NCBI GenBank assembly: GCA_047495785.1
Contig: JBLDXI010000020.1
Coordinates: 1,922,001-1,986,000, forward strand
DNA from: Lepidodermella squamata
Taxonomy: Eukaryota > Animalia > Gastrotricha
Direction: 5' to 3'
Length of the DNA: 64,000 nucleotides
The position numbers and the translations under genes are program-made. Every line of letters starts with the position of its first letter. The first letter of the stretch is position 1. Positions 13,335 through 25,675 of the stretch are shown one piece after another. The notes beneath the pieces are model-generated. The model was given only the letters and a program-made list of their open reading frames with translations, had not been told where the DNA came from and did not search any database.

Positions 13335-13913
13335 ATGGCTTCCAGGCGAAGATTTTCATCAACGGCGAAGGCCGTCTTGTTATCGACATTGGTTGCAATT
13401 TTAATAATTTTCGGCAGTGCTGAACGGGTGACTGACTATGGAGGCTGCCAAAATATCTACGATTATTGTATCGATTCGCTGAAACTTCCTTCCGTAACTT
13501 TCAACCGCCTTTACCGACTTGCTTCCGCTATTTCTTTGACTCTAACTAATCCAAAGGTAATTTTGAAAAAGCTTTACAAAAATTGAAAAATTTATGAATT
13601 AATTATGAAAATTATTTTATAAATATTTTTAAGCTGGCTTTTTTATTCTTTTTAATTCATTTTTTAGTATTGTGGCAGTCGGCAAAGTAACAGCAGTTTA
13701 GTCACAGGGTGTACGGTTCTATCGAAATTTGCCTACTGCACATCGAACGTTGATGCTCGGCGCGAATGCTCGCTGTTCGAAGACCCGGCAACCTCTAACC
13801 CTGACTTCTTTTTCGCCATGAAAAACTGTGGCGATTTCTGCGGCGTCGGCCGTGCGACCTGGCTAAATCTCGGCGACACGAGCAGCGAAAGCGAGGCCGA
13901 TGTTAGGACTTGA
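13335..13913 (+). CDS. Secreted 8-Cys protein, family C
   Basis: Hydrophobic N-terminus. Intron 13557-13667; exon 2 YCGSRQSNSSLVTGCTVLSKFAYCTSNVDARRECSLF...FFFAMKNCGDFC... aligns Cys-for-Cys with the 17203 and 20115 proteins. Confidence 0.8.
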
Positions 13914-16900
13914 TATTATTATATGAAATGCTATATGATCGAAAAAATTTGTGATTAGTGCTTTCCAATTTTCCATTACACTGATTTTTTCCAAAAGCAT
14001 TTCTTTTTTGTACATGAAAAATTTAACATCGGAATACAATTAATAATAAATACTCCGAAAAATAACATGTTTTATGACCTGTAAAAAATATTGACCTGAT
14101 AATTATTGGATCCTTTTATTCCTCGCACTGAATAGCTGCTATAAATATCTCTATAAATCAGCCAAGCATAAATTCTCTCCCACACTCAAAAACCCATATA
14201 GGATTTGAAATTATGGGGGATATGCACGCGATATACCAACAAATCAGTGATCACGACATTGTCATAAAAAAAACTAAACCCACGCGAAGTGACACATTTT
14301 TGTTCGATGCGTGTAATTTATAGACACGTAATTTCAAGTGACCCAAGTTGTTCCGCACCTTCTCTGTTGGTCATCTTCAGACATTCATGAATATCGATTA
14401 TAAAATACGTTTATTAGCTCTACCTTACTTGAAGGTCACGTTTCGACTTCAACCTACACGAGACTGCAAGCGGATAGAGTTCGCCTTGAAACCGAAGAAA
14501 GCTCATTACGCCCGTTTATTTCCTTCAGATTGATTTTTCTTTTTTAAATTTCAGTGTCTGCGATTATTTTTTCAAATCGCTTCCGCATGAATAAAACTTG
14601 ATCAACCGATTTCTCTCCATGGATTAATTTTGTGGCTATTTAGGGCTTGCCCAGTTCATTCCACCTGTGCTCAGTAAGGACTTTCCGGTATCCTAGGATT
14701 AACGAAATATTAATTGCGTGGACAAAAATAGCTCCCAGCAGAGCCACTCCATGCAAAATATTATTTTCATTTAGCTTTGATTAATCTAAAATTAACAAGA
14801 GGCACGATTCATTAGGATTAGGGATTAGGATTGACCAATGATGATGAGAGCTTGGGGAATAATTACACGGAAGTTCTTAGCTCGCGTGGGATCTTGAAAA
14901 AAAAACCGCATTCGCAAATATCGAGCCTGGTTAGCAAACTATTTTACCAAGTTCGTGACTCACCACTCAATATACCTGGGAATTGCTTAGAAATATTCTC
15001 AAGCAAATAAGAGGCCTAGATTACCGGCTATTAGTGCAATATTTTATTATGAGAGTAAACACTCATATTAAGGATTTTATTTATTAAAATCGATTCTCGC
15101 CTATTCATCCATCACCTTTTTTTATTTTTAAGTTGATTAACGGCTGAATACGCCTTAAAATTCAGGTAGGCGGTATATCGTTAATTGAATCATGAAAACA
15201 GCGGCGAGCTTTAAAAATAAATCGCCCCGCCTGACGCAGTTTTGCATCGTCAGATGACCCGCAGCCCGTCAATAATCAGCTTTTAGCTGAAGAAAAATTA
15301 AAAAATGTTGTCCTCAATGATACATTCTGCCAGACGATTATTTGCGTCAAAAATTATACTCTCATATTACTTTTGTCTGAGTTAAAATATGGAGAAGTCA
15401 TGCAAAACCGAGTTCCACGCCAGGTACTTTAGATTATCCTTCAGATCCTATTATGCATCACGATCATTTTTAGCTCGACCTCGTCGCGCTAGCCCTGTCA
15501 GTCCAATATAAACTCGTGATGTGTCAGTATCCAATTATCTATACGGACCTTGCCACTTCGTTATCTGAAAATTTCAGTCTTTCGGTGAAATTAATTAACT
15601 TGGTTTGATCTATTTGATTCTAGTGGACAAAACAAAACACATGTATTACCTTTGGCTATCTCCACTACATTCAAATTTGCCTTAAATCCATTTTCTTCGG
15701 ATCAATTCTTTCAATTCTCTAAAACCTATAAGGCCTTAGTAGTATCAGTGCTGATAAGGTAGCATCAGCCTTAAGTGTTGGGTATCCGTCGAAATATAAT
15801 CTACCTTGAAGTTGAGGCCTAATTCGGGAAAATCTGACCTTTTGCGAACTTTCACTATTTCCGGCGATGAACGAACCCGAAAATCTTCATTTTTGAAAAT
15901 TCCTATATCACTTCTGTTATAGCCCTTGAAATGCTAATATTCTAGGATATATTTGCAAAAATGGTGGGAAAATCTGAAATTTTTCGAAAAATGAATATTC
16001 CATCGAAAATTCACTCACAAAATCATTTCAGATACCTTACATTTCCTTTCTTCCTTTTTGAACCAGTCAGCTTAATTTTTCGCTTATGTTCTGCATTTTT
16101 AAGGCGATGAGTGGGCTTAAAACGCGTTTTTAGAGTTCGAATACATTTTTGCGTAATGATGCGCAAATTGACGGGCATGTCATTCCGAATTAGGATCTCG
16201 TAAATTGGATGTCAATTATAGAACAAGTCTAATCGGTAATAGGAATTTAATCCGACTAGTCGCTGCGGTAGAATGCGTCGAATCCGCGCATTCGTGACAA
16301 GTTGCGTTAAATTTTTAATCTATAATTTTTTATTCGCAAGCCATACGTCATCGGGAAACCTTCGCTTAGTTGAAAAAAAAATTATTAAATAAATATTTTC
16401 TTTATCCTGATTATATTTTAATGTCAATATCCGGACTAGTTCAATTTGCTAAAATGCTTAATAAGCGAAGCCTTTATTTTGCGCAATATATTCCCAACTG
16501 ACGCAATATTTTTTCCTCTCATTCATAATTTTTTAAGGGCGAAGCTTCAAAAATCGCGCAAAAAACGTGCGCAAGTGGGCGATCTACTACTGCATACTAC
16601 GCCCATGTATTAGGCAAAACCTTTCATGCAGTAATGATTATGCGTTATCGTATACCTTATATATTTCAGACCCTACCTGATTTTTTGCTAATGGCACCTG
16701 CGTCAAAGTAAACAAACTGACTCATGACGCGATAAAGAGCCTGTCAAGAGGATTTATCGCCTTAAAGCTAAACGCAGCAGCAACAAATCGCCGCCACGCG
16801 TAGGGCAGCAGACGATGGCTATTTCCGGTAAAGCGATAAGCAATAGAAATGCGATTATATCACAAGCGGTCTTTATAAACCAATTTAATATCGGTCACAT

Positions 16901-17202
16901 GAAGCTTTAAGACGCGCCCCGTTTTGTGTGTGTGACCCGCAATATACCTCGCATGATTCATCAATTTTTTTTGTATGTATAATGCAAACAACGTTAACCA
17001 TCAGCCTCTGTAGCTTATACTTATTAACGCGAAACTACGCAAAACCAATTTTCCAATATATCCTACGCGCTGTAGTTTTTTTTATAATAAATTGGTAATG
17101 TGTTGAGGATTCATCCCATGTATCATCCATTATTCATCTAGTCGAACTGTCTCTAAAAAAATTCTTTATCGACAATCTAGATCATAATACTACAAAGTAA
17201 AA

Positions 17203-17685
17203 ATGCTACCAAATATTCCGAGAAATCTGGCTGGCCTCATCGGAGCTGTTGTGAAAACATGGCTATTGGTCGTTCTGTTGGTCACCTCAGTACCATCAAC
17301 GACATACGCCGAGCCTATTAAGGCTTCAAAGCACGCTCGAGCTGTTCCTATGGGCTCGCTAGGCGGCGATGGAATGCTGGAGGAACCCGGTTGCGTCAAT
17401 GTTTACAACTACTGCGTGGAGAGGCTCGACCTGGCCGGTATTACGTTCCCAGTCTTCGACAAATTGGCGACCACCCTAGCAGTTGTGCCCCTCGTCGGCA
17501 GCCGCGGCCATTGCCCGACCAAAGTGCTAATATCATGCGAGCTGGTGTCGAAGTTTGTCTCGTGTGCGAACAGCCTCGACGTGAAGCGATCGTGCCTGCT
17601 CACCGCTAGCCGGCCGCACTTTTTCCACGCCCTGAAAAAATGTTCGACAAGCTGTAAAACCGACGTGGGCGTTGTCTTGCAATGA
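17203..17685 (+). CDS. Secreted 8-Cys protein, family C (intronless CDS)
   Basis: 160-aa ORF with signal-like hydrophobic stretch; EPGCVNVYNYCVERLDL...CPTKVLISC...CLLTASRPHFFHALKKC nearly identical to 20115. Confidence 0.85.
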   Translation: MLPNIPRNLAGLIGAVVKTWLLVVLLVTSVPSTTYAEPIKASKHARAVPMGSLGGDGMLEEPGCVNVYNYCVERLDLAGITFPVFDKLATTLAVVPLVGSRGHCPTKVLISCELVSKFVSCANSLDVKRSCLLTASRPHFFHALKKCSTSCKTDVGVVLQ

Positions 17686-20114
17686 GACTTTCATTCATAA
17701 ATGTTCATCAATTAATCGCATGATCTAATTACTTGATCTATAATTTACTTAGAAGAGAAAACTTGAATATTTTTTATACTTTTTACATCTTCATTGAGAC
17801 TTCTAGAGAAGCCAAACCATCATCTGATAAATAATTGTTTCTAAAAAAAACTGCTAGTCTATCCGTTCTCCATTAATCTTTTGATCCGATCCGATGTGCA
17901 CGGCATGTTAATGTTACCGCTGTTTCATTTTGTCACACTGTGCGTAATGGCGATGGATATCGATGTTTTGATATGCGAAATTGATCGAATCTCAATAAAA
18001 AAAACCAATTTTTTTGAAATTTTCAAATAATTTAAGATGCTATGGTTTTGTTTCAACTCAAGAATGGGTTCATAGCCATTATTGTTCCGGCTGTAGAGGA
18101 AACAGATAGGACTGCGTAAAGCGAAACGGATTACATATTCATGAGCTCGTCGCATTGATTTGAGGCACGAGCTGATGTTTTTTGCCCCTTTTATCAAGCC
18201 TCGGCGTCCTGGTACGTCTCATGGTCTCACGACTAGTACCAGACCGGTGACCTGACCCAACAGGTGACTGGTGACCGGCGGGTCGACTTGACCCGTTGCC
18301 GCTGAGTCAGGTAATACGCAGGTAAAGAAGGCGGTAAAACATCTTCACCACCAAAGCGCCGCTAGCGATATCCGTTGCTCTTGGTACCGTAAAAATGAGC
18401 GAATTCAGCCAGTGGGAACAAGTTTTGACAAGTTTTTGCAAGTTGCGCCAAGTTGCGCGCCGTGTGAAAACTTTCGAAGAACTTTCGAAAAACTTCAACG
18501 AAATCGACAACAATCGGCAAAATTGACCAAAGCTGTTTACACAGCCCGGTGTCCTGAGGTAGCGAGTCACGTCAACAGCGCAATACAGAGGGCTAGGGCG
18601 GCGAAGAGGGGCGGAACTCTTGAGACGCGGATTAGGGATTAGCGGATTAACACCGCTTTTGAGAGCGAGCGCCTTGCAGACCTGCAATAAGGGCAATAAA
18701 GATGTGACAACTGCGCACGGAGAGGGTTCATTCGAACGCGGTTTTTCAAGAAATTGACTGCTACATGTTGTAATGGGTCGGCGGGGGAATAGCGTCCAGC
18801 GTTTGGAAAGAGCTGAGTAACACGGGTCGTAAAATGGCTCGGCTCAGTCTCAGTGGTTATCGAACCACCCCGATTAGGTGCTAGGAGCTAGCAATGGGCG
18901 GTTGTTTCGGTGTTACTATAGCCACCCTCGTGCGCAGTCCGGTATAAACTCATTTCGAGTCCCATAGGTACGCAGCCGCCGAACACCCAGTTCATGCGCA
19001 CCGATAGCGAACATCCCTTTTACGGCATATCTGGCCGACATTGCGCGAAAAAGTTAGCCCATTATAGAGCTTTAATACCAGTCGCTAGGTGCTAGCGGTT
19101 TGCTATCAGCCGCGTTTAGCTAACGTGACGAAGTGGTTCTGTGGCCAGTGGATGATTTTTGCAAAAAAAAACCAGCCGCCAAGTTATTCTGATTAATGGA
19201 TTTAATTCCGCGGATTCATCGCTACTTTCCGCGTCTATTTTTAAATTTTTCCGCGGCGCGAATAGTGGTTTCCGCGTCAAAAGTCTTAACACCGCACCTC
19301 TGCACACTATTAAGCAGAAAGGTAAACAATCGCGCGCACTCGCGCATTATTCCGCAGCGCACCACCGCGGCGATTTTAAGAATTCCGCGGGCGCAACACA
19401 CAGAGCCTTCATAAAATTATTAAAATTATTAAAATATAAGGAAGACCGTCAGAATAAAAGTCCATACGGAACCTTAAATTCAGGATGCTTATTTGGCCCA
19501 CTATTTAATTTTAATATTTCAAATTTCAAGTTATCAAATTCAATTTTTTAGCTCTCCGAGGAATTTACGCTTAATCTTGAAATTGTACAGTAAATACATT
19601 TTTTTAAACTAATAACGGACTAAACAAAGTGAATAATTGAATTTCGCGCGAAGCGATGCGTGAAAGGAATAAACAAACATTCGGGACGCCGTTATTAAGT
19701 ACTCCGCGTACAGAAAACGTCAACGCTTCTTAGGAAGTGCAAATAAAAGTTGTCTTCAAAGTGTACAGCTTTATCCCAATCGTTCTTTTTGAACTGGCAA
19801 AATTAGCACGAGACGCTAGCTCGTGCTAGCCGTCGAAAACGTGCATGGTACCTGCCACACCGGATATGTCACTTGCTCTAAAAATATAGGTATCATTAGA
19901 ACCCGTTTCAGACGGGCCCTTGAAAGTCTTCGACATTGAGTTTACGCCTCGGGCAATGTATATAGGTACTTGACTTGGATTAGACTTGTCCTCATCGGAC
20001 ATAGTGGCGAAAAAATCACATGATTAATTGTGAAAGACACATTTAAGTGGTGCACGGTAGTATATATAATCCGATATTGGCTATTAACTCGTTCAGTTCA
20101 ATTCTGAGAATATA

Positions 20115-20564
20115 ATGCTAATACCGAGAAATATTTCAAGTTTACTCGAAACTATGAAGCAAACTTGGCACTTGGTCTTACTGTTGGTATCAGCGCCGTT
20201 GTCTATTGAAGGTTCAAGGCAAGCTAGGTCCGTTCCAACCAATGGATTGCTGGAGGAACCTGGCTGCGTCAATGTTTACAACTACTGCGTGGAAAGACTC
20301 GACCTGACCGCAGTTACGTTTCCAGTCTTCGAAAAATTGGCAACCACCCTAGCGGTTTCTCACCTGGCCGGAAGCCGCGGCGTTTGCCCGACCAAGGTGC
20401 TAATATCTTGCCAATTGCTGACAAAATTCGTCGCCTGCTCCAACAACCTGGACGTGAAGCGATCGTGCCTGCTCACCGCCAGCCGGCCGCATTTCTTCCA
20501 CGCCCTCAAAAAATGCTCGATAACGTGTAAAACCGATGTCAGCCATCTCCTTTTGCAAAGATGA
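20115..20564 (+). CDS. Secreted 8-Cys protein, family C (intronless CDS)
   Basis: 149-aa ORF, close paralogue of 17203; Cys domain conserved while the N-terminus has diverged. Confidence 0.85.
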   Translation: MLIPRNISSLLETMKQTWHLVLLLVSAPLSIEGSRQARSVPTNGLLEEPGCVNVYNYCVERLDLTAVTFPVFEKLATTLAVSHLAGSRGVCPTKVLISCQLLTKFVACSNNLDVKRSCLLTASRPHFFHALKKCSITCKTDVSHLLLQR

Positions 20565-22427
20565 CGACGATGCGACTTTTCGCCTGACATTCATATCGAA
20601 TTATTTTATTCCTTTAAACAAAGATTATATTTTATATTTGATTGAAACCGTATATTTTATGAGTTGTCGCATTAATTTTTCAGCTGATCTGTGACCATTT
20701 TTTCGCTTTATTATTTTGTGAGACAGTAATTTACGAATAATAAAACACATTTTTTTATTTCATGTTTTGAGGTGATTAAATTGCAGAAAATTGAACCCCT
20801 CATTATTCGGTAATAGCAACTTTCATTTTCTACATCAGGACGAACTTCAAGGTTCGTTGAATATTCTAATTTTTCTTTAATTCGATTTCAACATTTTTTA
20901 CATTTCAATTTTTCTCTTTGAATTATCCGATTTTCGGCTTCTGACTTCAGGTAAAAAAAATTGCCATATTTAAGAATGAGTGACACGGTCGTGGATGAAT
21001 AAGCAAAAGCGACGTTATGTCAACATGTCGATTTTTATCCCAATTGGAGTCGAAAAAAATTAAAACCGACATTTGGTAAATTGAAGACACGCACCTGGCG
21101 CGTGTATACTCGTCAAGGTTCGATAGTTTGCGTTCTAAATTTGTCTATGGTGTAAGAAAACACTTGGAGCATGAAGTTCAAGGGACGTGAGTGGTAAAAA
21201 CGAGAATTCGACAAGGATCATCTCATTTCAGACACATTGTGACGCTTCTGATAGGAATCTTAGAGTCAATATTCCAATTTGCTGTTAAATTTTTTTTATT
21301 AAATTGGCATTTGAACTAGGAAATAGCAGACAATCACTAACATTTGGGTCGAATTCTCAAACTGATTAGAATTAGAAATGATAAGGAATGGACAATCAGG
21401 TGAATCAAACTTCGAGTGCCCTCCCATCGCACTATGACGGGATCTGAGAATGGGTACATTGTCATCGAAATCGGTTTCTCTTAGGTTCCAAGTTGCAACG
21501 CACTCTTCGACCCAATTAATTATGTCATTTTTAATTAATTTTTGACTCAAGTCTGTTGACAGCTCCGTTCCATTTTTTTATTTTCCGACTGAAAATATTA
21601 ACACAGCACGGCTTTGTCCCACTTTTTACAGCAAAAAAAATCCCGGAAATGAGTAATTTGAGCTTTAGGTCATGTGAGATGGAAACGAAATCGATATTGT
21701 GAAATTATGTAGGTTGAAATAATTAAAAAATAATTATACAACCTACATATAATTATACAAATTCAATAAAAAACGGGAAATTTGAAGGGAATTTCGAAAT
21801 AATTTTTTTAACGCCCCCTAAAATCTCAATTATAAAAAATTGATGGGGTTGAGAACAATTTATGAAAAGGTGCGATAAAATTAAAATAATTATCTTACAC
21901 TCGTGTTGGAGCAATTGCTTTGTTAACCCTCATTTGTACACGCGGAAACCTTGAATGCTTATATATCGTATAGTGAAATATTGAAAAAAATTACAGACCC
22001 AATTACAATAAAAACACAATTAAAACACTTGACTCGATCAATGAGAAAGGTATCATATTCCAGGTGTTTCAACATGAAAGTACTTTTTCGCCCTTCTGGT
22101 ACGAAGCCATCGCCTTATGCGATGGTGGGATTCCATAAGAAAGGAGAGATTGTCATCGAAATGGGTTTCCCAGTTGGGTACATGTTTCAACCTGAATACT
22201 TGGTCATTTCTAATTAATTTTTGATCCCGGCTGCTGGACTAGACGTTGTCATTCCGTATATTTTCACGGAAAATCAAAATCAATAATGAGGTACGGCGTT
22301 GTCCCACAAATAAGTAGAAAATTAATTCACCATCTTATTAGTAATATAGGCTCAAACAATATGTACATTCTTATTTCAGAAAATGCAACAGTATGCAATA
22401 TCTTTTTCGAGGAAGTATTCTTTCATA

Positions 22428-22638
22428 CTTCATACATATTTTTCATAAAACGGTGTTATTAGCAAAACGATGATTATGGTTTGGATGGGGTTCAGGGTTA
22501 AGGTTAGGGTTAGGTTCCGGTCGATTTTCAAGCAGAAAATATGGCTACGTTTTTGGAACCCCGTTTATTAAACCAAACACTGCTTGCATTTCCTCTTTCC
22601 TTTTTCCAGCTCGAATTAAATGAAAAAATATGTATGAA
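22428..22638. mobile_element. Short TIR element with telomere-like (TTAGGG) core
   Basis: Ends ttcatacatattttt / aaaaaatatgtatgaa are inverted; internal gggttaaggttagggttagg; related to 4803-5050. Confidence 0.5.
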
Positions 22639-25600
22639 AGATTGCACCCTATCTTTGTCTAGTGTGGGACTTAATGCGCTACCGCTTGAAGTTCAATAAA
22701 AATAAATAAAAATGACGTAATTATTTCGCACTCGTGTTAGACAAATGAGCTTATATTGCTTCGTTCATTTTTTCACCCGGAACTTCAATACATAAGCTCA
22801 TCTCACGTTGAGTATAGTGACGAAATTTTACAGACCCAATTACAAAAAACACAATTGAAGCACTTGACTGGATGATTGTATTTCAATACGACCGGTGCTA
22901 GCCGGCGTTATATGAAGTGGGGGATGAAAAAGACGCGGCTATTAAAAGATAAATAATAAACAATTCATTCGCCTTTTGTTATCAGCCCTTTCTTCATCAT
23001 CATATGTATGTGTGTGTAAAAATGAGAAAAAAAACAGGCGATTAAGAAGATGAGCTGCGGTAACCACCTGCTGCTGTATGGAGTAATACAGTCAGCAGCA
23101 GCAACAGGTATATATAATACTCGCGACTCACACGAGTGTTGGTCAGTTCAAATAAGACCGGCGGCCAAAGAAGAAGAAGAGACGTGTTGACGTTAGCTAG
23201 CGCTCGCTCGCTCATCATCGCCGATTTGGTCGTCGTGGCCTTTGTCATACACATACATACCACATACACCCTTTTTATTCAACGACAAATACTACTTGCG
23301 TGAGCGCCGTGTTTGTGTGTTGCGCTTCGTCGCGCTCTCTCACACGCAGCATAGACGAAGCAAAACGACTCAAGGTGTAGTTTAGCTGCACACGTGCGCA
23401 TTAAACTTTTGGTATTATCATTACGCGAAGACGTCATGGCGAGCGCGCTGTGCGGTTTTGCTGGCTTGCGGGGCCACGGGAATTTAACGTAACCTTTTGT
23501 CGTGAGACAACAAGCGCGCGCAATCTAAATACGGCTCGGTTCCCTAACTCGACGTAACACGCCAGACGACGACGAAAAACCGGACTGTCACAACTTGCTA
23601 AATTTCCGCTCTTTTTTGCTTCATCATCGACGGCACAGCAGTTTTTTCTTCCCGCTTTTCTCCGCGCTGCTGCTCGGCCTATTGTTCGCGGCGTTTCGAA
23701 ACATGTTTGTTGTTTCAGCGGCGCTTTTGTCACAATAAATAACACAGGTAATGCATATCGGCATCGCTTTTTACCTCGGCGTTTTTAATACTTAAAACCA
23801 CCGTGTTTTTATAGGCGCTTTTATTACTGTTATTTTTGTAGCTTTAGCGCATTATCGCGCGCTAGCGGCGTTTATCGAGCGCGTTCTCGCCCCGGCCGCG
23901 GCAAAACACAACGCGTCACCCTGTTTTAACGACGCGATAATGAGGCTGGATGATGACGGATTTTTGGCCCGCGCCAAAATTTCTACCGCCGCCGCGGTTC
24001 ACGTAGCAGAGCGATTGACATGACGCGCGTTTTCATAAACGCCTGTTATTTATTTATCAATTTATAGAAGCAACCAGCCAACCACCAGAGATTTCACCTT
24101 TATTCACGCGTGTGTCAACTTGTCACCATCAGCGGCTATTGCACTCTCGCTGAACTACCCGGCGTGTTCCGGGGGTCAACTCATTGACTTGGCGTCGTCG
24201 TGCGAGTCATTTATCTACGTTAAAAGTTTCGTTCGCGCGATGCAACAACATGATTATTATTCCATTAGGTTTTCCAGAGCGCGAAATTGATACCCCCTCG
24301 CTATTATCATCTTCTATACATTTTATACCCTGGCCGGTGTGGTATGAAGAACAGGGAAGCTAATCCTTCGGTCAGCTTTCAGCTTGGTCAATGCCTCGAT
24401 ACCCTTATTATTGTCTCGCGGGCTTTTTCCTACTTGTCCATAAATTATGATTATGTATCGCCTCGTAAAAATCTGTTCTTTCCTTTGTTTCTATCGCAGC
24501 TATTTATCATTATATTTCGTCGCGATATATCTATACCACTCGTAAGTGTCCGGGCGTGTAATAAAGGCAACCGTGTGGTTAGAACGCGGCGCCCGCGCAC
24601 CGCAGAAAGCCCTCGAGCCGCCGCCTTGAAAGACCCGCAAAGCAAACACCACCCGCCTCGTTCAAGTTATTACCTGCGATTTCGCTTTCCGCCTCCGCTT
24701 TTGTCTCATCATTTGTGTCGCGCCCCGAAACCTGGCGGCCGCGGCTTTTACAACAACAAAGCCAGCAGAATATTATACCAGCACAGCAGCAGCGTTTAAT
24801 AATCGCATTCGCTTTTCATTATATTTCGCCGTGATTTTCCACGCACTTGAGCTTCACCTGTCTAATTAAGTTGGACGTGAGTGACCCAACGTCTAACTGT
24901 CAATGCCGGTGTCTTATAGAGCTTCCTTTGATTTTAAAAATTAACGGGCTCATCATGCATTCCTTTAGTTGATGCTATGAAACATTGCGGATACCAACCC
25001 AAAAATAGAAAATCCTTCTCCTTAAAAATTCGACTTATATTGAATATTTCTGGTTAATTTTGTAGAAAATAGATTCAAAGCGAAACTCGATTTATTGAAC
25101 CGCGTTATTTTTTCGACAATTTTCATCAATTTACGCCTAGTTCTCAGTGTCATTGTGGCTATACAGAACTTTCACGTGATTTTTTGAATTTTTGATAATT
25201 AATAATGGAATTTCTGAAAATTATGGAAATTCCTATTAGGAACTTCCAATTTGGTTTTTTGTTTCAAACAATAGTTTCAAACAAAGTAAACAAATAATTT
25301 TTTTCATGAAATTTCGAACTCGGCTAAAAAAATTCTAAAATTTATTGGGACATCTGCTGAAAATTTTCATAAATTATGGAGTCTCTAAATTTAATTTTAT
25401 ATTTCAAAGAATGAGTTTGGGAAAAATGAAATACAGTTGAAGCAGATGGCTTTGAAAAATGTTCTCGAGTTCGCTTTTTTCAAAATTATTACCTTCTTGA
25501 ATAAAAAAAAACGTGGTTTAGTGGTGTTAGGGCGGGTTAGGGCGATAAATTAATTGATAATTGTCACGTATTTTTTGCATGAATTTCTAAAGCAGCTTTC

Positions 25601-25675
25601 TCACTTTTATAGACTTGTTTTTAAAGACTTGAAAGTTGAACTCCAGGGGGCGTCAAAGTTTGAATTACATTTAAT

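Noticed and set aside
18830-18965. tRNA or SINE-like A and B boxes
   Set aside because: Spacing is wrong and no cloverleaf could be formed.
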